Below are positions 25,501-36,594 of a DNA stretch of 64,000 nt, one piece after another; the first letter of the stretch is position 1; each line of letters begins with the position of its first letter. The translations under genes were made by a program, and so were the position numbers. The notes under the pieces were generated by a model. That model did no database searches. It saw only the letters and a list, made by a program, of their open reading frames with translations, and was not told the DNA's origin. Origin of the DNA: Glaucostegus cemiculus (Eukaryota); NCBI GenBank assembly GCA_976551045.1, contig CDPCPM010000037.1, positions 7,998,001 through 8,062,000 of the forward strand, read 5' to 3'.

Positions 25501-28500
25501 TAATAATATTATTTTCTGTGAAACTTGCAGAAGTAAAATTGTATTACCAAAGACATCATAGCTTCTAATGTACCACTCTAATTAAAGCTTATACCCCACA
25601 GGAAAAAGGATAATGGATTTTGCATTCTTTATAGTTCTTGCCAGATTCAGATTAGAGACTATAAGAGAAAGCAACCCAGGTAGTAAACTACTGCACTAGA
25701 GGGATTAAAAAAAAATGTTATAGTAGGCAATATCTAGCTGAAAGATCAAAAGGACAGAACAGAAAAGGAAGTTGGTATCAAGGAATCAAGGGAAGTATCA
25801 GTCATATTCATTTGTGACACAAACAGATCTGAGATGCTGCAAGACTGGTATTAAAATATTGTAGCGATTGCTGGTTCAGTGGTACTTAGTGCCGATTTGT
25901 GTTAAGAAAATTTCCTGAGAGCACTGCACTTACTGCTATACTGTGGTTACATGTGCACCTCACTGCTTATATTTACACAACAGAAAAAAGTGATGGCACT
26001 CAGCAAATGCACAAAAATAATGTTTGGGTAGAGTAATGTGCAAAGACCTTTTACTCTTTTGCACAGTACAAAGTGCCATATCAAAGAGGATAACTAATGA
26101 TAACTAAGTTTTTAAAAATCATACAAGGTTTACTGGCAGGTCCTATTCTATTATAACCAAAATGCCAGCTCCTGGAAGCCTCAAAATGAAGCTTCCATGA
26201 GCTCAAGAATAGTGATCAAGAGGATTGCACTGTAAGCACATCTACATATTCATGCACTGCAGTGGAATCCAGAAAGGGTTGGATATTTTTTGACTAGTAC
26301 AGTTAAATAGTGCTGATGCTCACTGTGACTGACTGCAGGATGAAAAACAAGTACTAATTAGACGAGTACCATTTATAAAAAGGTTGACTGAAAGAATGAC
26401 TGTTGCATACTTCCAAAACATTTGAATATTCAGCTCAAAGTCAAAAGAAAGTAAACTGGGTGGCTAAATAAGACTTCTAACTAAATTTGCTGCCACTATT
26501 CTTAAAACTGTAATTAAAAATATTTGCAATTATATCAAGACTCAGATCTTAAGCTAAAGGCCAATTTAAGCACATTTACTGGCACCTTAGCCGAGATCAG
26601 TTAATTTAGAAAAGAAAAACAAATAGAAAGACAGTGTAATAGTCTGAAAACTGAAAGGGACCAGATTTATCTAGGTTTGTATTGCTCATCTATAAAATAA
26701 CTTTACAAACTGAGCTACTGGAACCAATGTCTACTACTACTGCTAGTAGATGTCACATATTCTTGTCCTTAAAGTGTTAAAACCGAATTAAAAACACTAC
26801 TTCACAGTAATTCACACTTATTTGCATTTCCATAGATAATCCACAAAAAGTGTTTTACTACACTGCCATTTCACATTTAGAACAGTGAATACTTCATATA
26901 TTGTTGAATTTCAGATCTGAATGCCATTGTAACAAGTTTGTTTAAAAAGTCACAATATTTAGCATGTTTCATTTCATACAGAAATTTCAACAAGATGTTT
27001 TGAGCTATTTGTTTAAATGGGCCTTTTATTTTCTTGTTCAACCTGTATGGAATTTGCATAACAGTCATTTTATCAAATGAAATACATGGGTGGGGTTATT
27101 TCTAGTATAAAAAAAAGGTATAAGAAGTCCTATTGTATTATTTACACAGCAAGTCACAGCAGTTACCCAGAAATGTAAGTGAGCAACCAAACCTTCCAAG
27201 TTTGATAGTATAGGCCAATCAACATTTATCAGCTACTATTTCAATCTGCTAGCAGATTAAAACACCAAATGGACACTTCAAAATTAAAAAACAAGATTGA
27301 CTGGAACAGTGCAAGGTGAACTAGTACAATGCAATAACATACAGCAATCAACCTCCAACTCCCCACAAAAGAGATATACTGCAACAAAACATGACATACC
27401 AAGGCTGTTGAAATGAAAAAGACAACTATGCAAGCCTCTAATTTAGGGAACTGTTTAAACCCAAAACTTTATGCAGTACAGGATGTATGTGTAATCCAAA
27501 CATAAATGCTGTCTAATACCAGCAAAGACATCTACATTTTCAATAAGTGTATGAAGTCACCAAGGTCATAATCCACAAGCCCAACAGGCAGGCTGACATG
27601 CCTAATGTGAAGGACAGATGTGGCTTTTAATTTAACGGCACAACACAGGAGGCTGCTTGTATATCAAAAACAGCTCTGAAAGGAAGGGTGGGAAAGAGCC
27701 ACTAGCCTAGTAACCACTTCAACATACAAAAGCAACCCACTAAGAAAAAGTCTACTGAACTAGGTATTTCAATTTCTCTGTTCTTTCATAAATACAAGTG
27801 ACATCTTTGATTTTTCAAAAGCAAGATGTCTTAACAGTATCCATTTTCAATTACAAGCCTTCAACTGGATTCTACAGTATATTTTCACTTTATATATAAA
27901 AAATGCACTATCCCCATACAATGAAGGGCTGTATTTTTAAAAGACACAGTATACCAATTCCATACATTCCTCACCCTATTCCAAGCTTCACCTACAATTA
28001 AAAATAGCTTTGAGTATCAAGGAATATGCAAGAAGACATTGCAAACAAAATCATTAATATATTAACAAAATCCAGACCTAATCAGCATAAAACATACTTT
28101 GCTTACTGGACTGAAAGTACATTCCACTTTACAACTCAGAACATTTTAGAAACTTTGACTTTTGGATTGTAAAATACTGCTTCTCTGCAGGAAGTCTGGG
28201 TTTTATATTTACACTGAACATAAAAGAAACTGGGGGGAAAAAAATGAGGCAGTTGGATATTTGCTATATATTTGTTTTCAATAGCTTAGATGGAGATTAG
28301 AGTATTCTATACAGCATCCAAACAAAATGAGGACTTGTCACATCATGCACAGCTTTGAACAAGGCAAAACAAAAAACAAATGGCAACTGAATTTTATTCT
28401 GAACTGCCAAAAGCAGCTGACATTTCAACTCTCCACCATCATATGAGGTTCAGGTTAACCTTTTTAATAGGGCTTCTGCAACAATGGTGCTGCTGTGATC

Positions 28501-31296
28501 ATTATTCTGCCTATGAAGATATTCATTTCAACATAGGGTAAACAAGTGTAGCACTTCCTTGATCAATGAATCATACTGGAAAAAGTCTGCAACTATCAGG
28601 GATTGGGGGAGGGAGAGAGGTTACAAACATTTGCACTGAGAGTGATTAAAAATGGTTGAGGACTAATAGAATTTATAGAAACTGAAAATCCTGTTGATTC
28701 TGTATAACTTTAAAACTAGACTGAGAAAATAAAGAGTCAAGAATGTCCTTCATGTATGCTCACTCAAAAAAAAAGGGGATATTCAGAAACTAATGTCAAT
28801 TTTAAGAAAAAGGAAATGGAAAAAAAAACTTTACCATTATAGGGACAAAAGGTTTGATAATTTTATGCTACACATGACTAAACCCACAAGATAAAAACTG
28901 ATCTTTTCACTTCCTGGTGCATTTTCTGGCAATATAATTATGATACTAAAATCTTTACAGCTGCTTACAACCAAATAATTTATTTCAATGTGATATTTTC
29001 CAATATTAGTTAGTAGATTCTTTTGGTTCGTTTCCCATTATATTTTAAATTGACATGGTTCTCTTAAAGTACTACTCTGCCACAAAGGATGCAAATTAAA
29101 AGCTGAAGTTCATGCATTACAAAACTTTTGCGCAAACATCAAGCAGTCAAAAGGTTCTTTTAACATGACCAAACAGCTTTTATTTTAAAATCCAATGCAG
29201 CTTTGGAATAGACTTAAGTTTTTTCTAACTCTAAACACTTAATACAACCTGACCCATCAGATCATTCTAGTTTGAACTCAGTTTAAAATATACAAGAAAT
29301 ATATTATTTTGATTTGCCAAAATTTGAGCAGTTTTATTAAATAGCTCTGAAAGCCTTTCAATAATTCTTTCATCTGTACTGCATGTGTAGTCAGCAAACA
29401 AGTACAGTATTGAAATTTAAAACCACTGTTTCTAAAACAAACACTTCTATTAAACACATGGAGTAAGCCAATTTCTAAAAGTACACAAAAAAAACAACCT
29501 TGAGACTTTAAAAAAAACATTCAGACCCTGAAAGGGACCCATCTAGTGTCATTGACATTTGTTAAAAAGACTAAAAGTTCCAAGCAAGGCTGTGAAAACC
29601 AAAGACAACAAACAAACAAACAAAATTACAACTTCTCTGGAATTTTTTGATTCCTCAGTTCAGGTGTCCTTTATCCCAAATTTGTAAACAATTGCTCAGC
29701 AACCCTGATTCTGAACAATAAGTAACTAATTGTTCCTCTAATCTATAATGCAGTCCCTAGGTTTTGAATGTAAATCTCTTCTGGAATGGAAAAAAAACAA
29801 TTTCCATTCTCTACAATTTCTGTTATTTTGTACCATTCGTTATTGGAAAGGAAACATGGTCATTATAATTCACTGTTCAAAAGTGTTCTGCTATTTAACA
29901 CATCATAAAAAGTTAGGTTTTTTTTAAAAAAAGTGACTGAAAATAAAACGCTCCACAAAAGTTATTCCCAGTGGCCTTAAGATTCAAAAGCAGTTTCTGT
30001 TCTTTTAAAACGGAACCAAGAATGCAACAAAAGCAATATGGAGATGCTTTTTCTTTTGCAATGCGCTATCCAACTATTTTGCGAATAGTTACATTAATTA
30101 GTTCTACTCTGTATAAAGTACTATAAATAGTTCTATACATTTTAATCATTATGTTAAAAAATTACAGTATAGTTCAAAAGCGACTTTCAGCACACATGTC
30201 TAAACATGGCGTGAAGGCATTCAAGCTATTGTCATGTCATTGTGCTTGCTACCTTTTCTCCTAACACAACCCCCAACCATACCGTCATGGTATTAGTCAG
30301 CAAGTCACTGCCTGCTCCCAGCAGATAAAGTCTGAATAACCTTCCATTTTCAACCGATTTCTTAGATACTATTCAACAGATACTTAAAAAAAAAGCGCCA
30401 CTTAAAAGTTCCTATAAAGATCTTAACAAGATAAGAGGTAGGCGACCAACAGTCAACATAATCCTGGACCATGTGATCCTAGACTTGCTGATTAGAATAA
30501 AAACGAGTGTTAAGAGCTACAATCTTCCCCAATGAACTGCTTCTCAAAATAAGATTAGGCGTTATTCTGATTGATTTTTCCACCGAAAAAAAATTCCGAT
30601 TACCTAATACATAAAGCAGATCAGCTTACAGTAATCGTCAACATATGATTATGAAGACAATAATAGGACACCCGTTGAGGTCCCCCCCCCCAAAATATAT
30701 ATTAAAAAGTTGTTCATTTGCATTTCTTCTATTGATCGCTGTATACAATCTGCATCGTTCAGAAAACATCGCCCACTAAGGACACAAACGCAATCCAAAC
30801 GAAACAAAAAGAAACTGACAGCGATCAATGAACTTTCATAATGACTAACAAGGCTCCCTCAGACCTTCAAGTCGCAGTTCATTAATAAAACTCTCCTCGT
30901 TTTAAACTTGCATTAACACAGCTTGGTCAAGTAATACGACTAGAACCCGTATTCTTTTACTACTATTATCAAAAATAAGTTATTTTTATTTTTCTTTCTA
31001 TTCTATATATATGTTATGTATATGTAATAGAAAGAAAGAAATCCTAGATTTCTTTGCGTAACCAAGTTAAGGCTCCCTTGACTTTTTGCTGTTTGGAGTT
31101 CTTGTTGATGTATTTCTATACAGCAGCTGAATGAAGTCTTCATTTCATTACAAGAAGACTGTGTTTCGAATTAAAGGTGCTCACAAGAAGAATAAGCCCC
31201 ACTTTATAATATTTAACGACAAGTTTAAATTCATCAATATACATTCGATAACAGTAACAAAAAAAAACACACACACCGATCCCTGTCTTGACTGAC

Positions 31297-31480
31297 CTGC
31301 TTCTCCTGTGATGTTTGGATTCATTCCCTGATGCCCTTTATTTCAAGCTATCTCATTATTTATTTACTCCGCTCCCCCTCCTACCTTCCGCTGCCTGTGC
31401 TGCAGTTACTCGCTGCTCCCTTTGCCGTGTTATATTCCACCGACACTACTCCAGCGCTCGCACCGCCTCACTCACCCAGC
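31297..31480 (-). other. ZNF217: Predicted first exon of ZNF217 (5' end approximate)
   Basis: Donor CAG|GTCAGT at 31297/31296, directly downstream of the only CpG island in the window. Alternative donors are TGG|GTGAGT (31476/31475) and AAG|GTAGGA (~31384). Confidence 0.55.
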
Positions 31481-31625
31481 GCCTGGCGTCACGTGTCCTC
31501 GCCGCGCGTCCCCGCTCCCTCACGCCCAGCGCGCCGTCGCCGAGCTCTCGTGTGTGCGCGCGCGCGCGCGCTCTTCGATCTGTTTATGTGTGTGGATGTG
31601 TCTCACATTCCTGCCAGGCACTGCC
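31365..31625. promoter_or_regulatory. CpG island / ZNF217 promoter
   Basis: The only GC- and CpG-rich block in 64 kb. Contains E-box GTCACGTG (31488-31495) and a (TG)3(CG)7 tract (31551-31570); a second CACGTG lies at 31764-31769. It is upstream of the minus-strand ZNF217 coding exon. Confidence 0.8.
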
Positions 31626-32099
31626 CCAGTTTTTGAGTGGAGAGGAGGGCGAGCAAAATAAAACATAATGATGCAGCCAGTGAGATGTATCAGAGATTAA
31701 ATCATTATTTTATTTTGCCCTCCTCTTCACCAGGATTTGTTTGGAGACTTTGGACTCTGCAACCACGTGAATAATTAAGTGACAAAGCTTTGTGTCACTG
31801 ATCTACTAAAATGTTTTCTGTGCATTTTTGCCATGGATTCTTTTGGAACCTTTATTTTATGTTAAAACTTTTAAACACAGCTTTATTGGCTCTTTTGCAC
31901 AGATTTGCGCTATTTCTATTAACATCTGCCAATCTGTAGGTTTTTTTGAATGCAAGTGATTGAATTTTTGTGTTTTGTTTCTCAAAAATTCCTGCACAGC
32001 TGCAAAGGTGTGAAAGTCTATCAGCCATTCCACTACAGGTGATCTCAAGCAGAAATTGGAAATTATTTGCAAAGGAATTAGAAAACATTCACAGAATGG

Positions 32100-32785
32100 T
32101 TTCATTGATGCTGGGGATTGCTGATACCTTGCAGAATGCCTCCATGCAAGTTTGGCCCCAAGCTTCCAATTGGCTTTTATTTTAATTTCCCATCCCTATC
32201 ATATTCTGACCTCTTTGTCTTTAGTGTTCATCAATTGGTTTATTATTGTCTCATGTACCAAGATATGGTGAAAAGCTTCTGTTTTGCATGCCATCAAGGC
32301 AGATTATAGCATACATAATTATATCACAGTAGTAAAAAGAAAACAGAATGCAGAATATAGTGTTGCAGTTAAAGAGAAAGTGCAGTGCAGGTAGATCATA
32401 TTCCAGTGGAGCCTGAGAATAGCATTTCACCTTCCATTTAGGCACAATCTTGGACTCAACACTGAATTCAGCAATTCAACAATTTAGATTAACAACAATC
32501 CCAGGTTTACATATCACAGTCCCAGCACTTATATTTGTTTCCTTTTTTTCTGGTAATTTCAGATTATACCTTCCAAATGATATTATTCTTCACCGTTCAC
32601 TTTCAGCTATCTCCAATGCTACTTTGGTCAGTCTCTGCTTCCTATCACAGACATTCACTTTTGATCTCTCTGCCTCTTCTCCCTTGTTTCATCTCTAGTT
32701 TTCCTCAGTTTTGATGAAATACTGACTTGACACATTAGTATCTGTTTTTTCACAGATACTGCATGACCAGTTGAGCATTTTTCGT
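32100..32785 (+). mobile_element. Decayed Penelope-like element (GIY-YIG C-terminus plus terminal repeat)
   Basis: PKLPIGFYFNFPSLSYSDLFV (cf. PELPVACHFNSPSHSHSDLSV), then a HFTFHLGT..GLNTEFSN remnant and terminal cacagatactgcatgaccagttgagc; split by a LINE tail at 32232-32395. Confidence 0.65.
32232..32395 (-). mobile_element. Rex1/Babar-type LINE 3' tail
   Basis: attggtttattattgtctcatgtacc...gaaaagc...cagaatgcagaata...gagaaagtgcagtgcagg is a recalled batoid/shark LINE tail in antisense. Confidence 0.6.
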
Positions 32786-33574
32786 TTCTTCAGTTAGTTT
32801 TTCCGTTTGACAAAGAGGAACTTCAGATTCAAATTCAGACCTTCATGTCATGTTCAAGGGACATTTCTTCACACTAAACTCAGTCATTGTATTAGGCAGA
32901 CAACCTTTTTGAAAGCTTACACAAAAAATATCCAAAATAAAGAACCTTAAATATCTTCTACCAATCAGACCCCATTGCACATCATTAATCCACTTCTCCT
33001 CACCCCCACCCATCCCCCAGAGAACATCTTGAGACAACATCTATTTCAATAGTTTCACAGAAATGTTAACTTCATTCTTCAAAGTACTTAATTGCCAATA
33101 TCATAAAGAAAGAATTTCAAATATATCTTCCCCAGTATCTCACCAACCCCTTCAAAGCTCAAAATCTCAAATCCCACACAAAGCTCATAATCTACCAGAC
33201 AGCAGGTATAGACTGCCTACAAAGCAATGGAGTGGTACAACCAAAGCTATGTCCTCATAAAATCATATAATCTATAGATTGCTTGTCATTATATTAATCT
33301 GTCCTTTCCAGGTGCTAATTAATCAACTGCTATTTACATGAAATATATAGAACAGTAGACCTAATTTGTCCATGTCAATGTTTATGCTCTACACAAACAT
33401 CCTCACATCTCTCTTCTAGTGTTATCAGAATCACCTTGCATTTCTTTCTACCTTATCTCTTTATCAAGCATTTCTTTGACCATTGATATTACAGTTTCAT
33501 GTTTAAAACTGTGTTAGGAACATGTATTCAAAGGTTAGGGATACTGTGCTTGCACTACAACTCATTAAGTTTAT

Positions 33575-33880
33575 TCAGTCAGCAACTAAATCAAACTGAC
33601 AAGGGCTCTTACAGGCTCTGTCCCTTGTCTATAATGAGTTAAAGGATCCCAGCTTGAGAGACAGAAGATGTGTTAACATTAATTTCAACATTTGTATCAG
33701 AGAAGGGGGAATCAAGGGAACTCAGAGTTTCATCCTGATTCTACAACTATTGTTAGTAAAATGCACATGGGTTATTGAACCTGGCTGCCATGATCCTTAA
33801 GTTGATTTGCCTGCAAACATTCCACCGGATAATATATTAAAAGGTAACTTGAAATAGAATCAGGAAGCAGCAATACCCAG
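33575..33880 (+). mobile_element. Ancient tRNA-SINE remnant (AmnSINE2-like)
   Basis: gcaactaaatcaaactgacaaggg...caggctctgtcccttgtctataatgagttaaaggatcccagc resembles the recalled gtctgtgctgagttagctgatctcagc core; related fragments at 45035-45120, 53420-53465 and 61840-62035. Confidence 0.4.
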
Positions 33881-34039
33881 GCTTTTAATATTCATTTTGA
33901 AGAAAGATTTTAGATTTTAACTTTTCCTTTCTGACATAAGCCCCACTGAACAGTTTAGGCTTAAGATAAGGTGGGTCATAATTGTAAAAATTAGCAACTA
34001 GTTCTGTGATAGAGGCAGCTTATGGTACATTTTGATTGT

Positions 34040-34087
34040 ACTATAGTTTTCCAGTACTATAGTTTTCTAGAACTATAGTTTTCCAGA
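34040..34087 (+). repeat. Tandem repeat, 16-bp unit x3
   Basis: actatagttttccagt / actatagttttctaga / actatagttttccaga. Confidence 0.9.
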
Positions 34088-36594
34088 ACCCCAGAAGTCT
34101 GTTGTATCTATTACACTATCATCCAGATTTAATGTTCAAAATAAGCACATAATTCTGATTTTCATTGAGTATTCTGATTTAAATTGTGTTATACCAGTAC
34201 TGCCACCGCCTTTCCTCAAACCACTATTATTATGAATGCAAATTAAGAATATGGAGAGTAAACTGCAGTATACCACAAAGTACATTTGGTAACCATTTCA
34301 ATTGCCTCTGCAAATCAGTTATACATTAAAGCTTTCATTTTCTGCATGGCGCATTGGAGATATCATAAAAAAAGTTTGAATTTTCTTGGCCAAATAATTT
34401 CTCCTCATTCAGTAGTTTCCAATGTTATTTTAAATTTGCCAGTTTCATATCGTGAAGTGGAGGAAGGAAGTGATTATGATTGTCAGAATTTTAGTGCATC
34501 ACTATATCATGTTAAAAGAAGAATGGAGAGGAACATTTTCCCGGGAATATATTTGCCTAAGAATGTTGTGCCTAATGGGTGCACCATTTGACCATGACAC
34601 AATGCATAGAAGGCAGTTTTGGTCATGAAGATGCCACTTAAATCTTTACGGTGCCACTAAATGTGAATTGTACGTTTTCACACGAAAAAAAAATGCTCCC
34701 AGGACTGAGGTTGAGTTTGTGAAACAGAGAGCCAATGGTCATAGGCCCAGTTTGAGCTTGAGATTTGGTTGGGTCCGCACTCAAGGAAGTGTCCGGGAAG
34801 GAATGATGTCAGGATGCTCGGCAATCAGGATCAGATTAGATTCGATGTACATAAAGATATCTTAATCTTAATATAATAGATTAGTTAAGGGGCTACGGAA
34901 ATAGGGTGGTGAGTATGGGATGAAGATCAAGACTTTTATCTGGAGCCTCGGAGATCAGTGCCTGAGGGGATCCAAGTTGATTGTGCATTATGTGGAGAGG
35001 ATCAGTGGATCAGAAGTGGGAGAAGGATAGGGCAGAGATAGTATTGTTGGGGGTGGTCCAAAGGATGAAGAGCAAGTACAAGACCTACTTTATCAGTGCT
35101 ATGCAATGTAGACCTGAAATATCAATGATAGTTGCTTCCTGGACAACATGGTCTATCTATCCCCATGATTCTCAGTAAGGAGCATTGTGCAAGGAATGAT
35201 GTAACTTGAGGCACTTCTGATATGGAAGTTGCATCAGACCTGTGACTACTGTTCATGCTGGGAAAGACCTGGTTAAATTTTTAGAGTGGCACAAAACAAC
35301 CTGGATATAGTCGTCTTCACCTTTCATTTTGGGTAAGTATATTCTTAATCACAGAGTACTGAGCTAGATAGTCTAATTTCTAGCCATTATTCCTTCTCAG
35401 CATCTCATGTAGCAAAATTGTAACAAATTCTTTGTAAATACGTTGCATTGCACATTCTGTTAACTCAAGCTTACAATCATCCAATGTATATATGGAATTC
35501 ATTCTGATTTGCACATTAAGCAGTTCAGGTGAAGTCTGGTATTGATGTACTTATAGTCTGTTTGATGTTTACCTATCAGACAAAAGCCTACTATACTGTC
35601 AATGTAACTGGGATATGCCTTTAATAGTTTAGGCAAAACATATAAATAATTCGACATTAGCTTCCCTTGGCAAAGCTTTACTGCAATGTTAGTGTGAAAT
35701 TATTTTTCTGCTGCATCTGTAGCAGATGTAAACACATTGATGCACTACAGATGCTATGTCTATAGTGCACACATGTGTATGTTTATGGATTTGGAAAAGC
35801 TGTTTCTGTTCACCAATCTAAAGCAGGCCCTTGTAAACTAGTTTTGATGATCAGTACCAACAATCTATTCATGTATGTCAACAGACTACATCATGTTGTT
35901 CAGCTCATTTTCCATTACAAAGGGAAAGTAACAGAAGCAAAAATAGTTTCTTGTTCTTTCATGACCATATATTTTTCTGAAAAATGGGATTGAACACAAA
36001 CATGCAGAAGTGCATTCGTGGACATTCACACACAAACAAAAAAGCAGATTTGGCTTTATAATCTGTCTTTTATTTCACTCCTTAGAAAAAAAACAAAATC
36101 TTTTGTGACAAGCATTTATGGGAATAGTCCTTCACTGGTAAAAGCTACTGTGCTTCATTTCATGATCACTTTAAAAATAGGTTTCAATCTAACAGGAACT
36201 GAATAAGACACATGTACAAAAAATTTTCTGAATACTGTAACATCAGAAATATTAGTGCAGAGTTTCAGCATTTATAAGAGCATTTACAACTACTTATATC
36301 CTCAAAATTGCCAAATATACATATATAAACAATATATATTATGGTTGAAGGTTTTTTCAATAGGAAACACAGAAGACTGATGAAAGAATACAGTATGTAA
36401 CAGCCATATAAATTTATAGAGGGTAATTAACAAATTTCAATATAGGCCAATTATTGAAACAGACATATGTAGTAAAGTGGTCAGGGTCAGAATGGTTAAA
36501 AACTGACTCAAGGACAGATGCAGAAAGTGATTGTAAATGGTTGTTTTCTCATCCTGGAGGCTGGACTACTGCTTCAGTTGATGTATATCCATGA

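Noticed and set aside
31315-31668. Three overlapping plus-strand ORFs over the CpG island
   Set aside because: Low-complexity Arg/Ala/Pro translations expected from stop-poor GC-rich promoter DNA.
34040-34087. Direct repeats as a possible CRISPR array
   Set aside because: Three abutting 16-bp units with no spacers, in eukaryotic DNA.
35713-35754. Hairpin gcatctgtag...ctacagatgc (also 7940-7959 and palindrome 9347-9362)
   Set aside because: Stems of 8-10 bp are too short for a pre-miRNA and are expected by chance in 64 kb.
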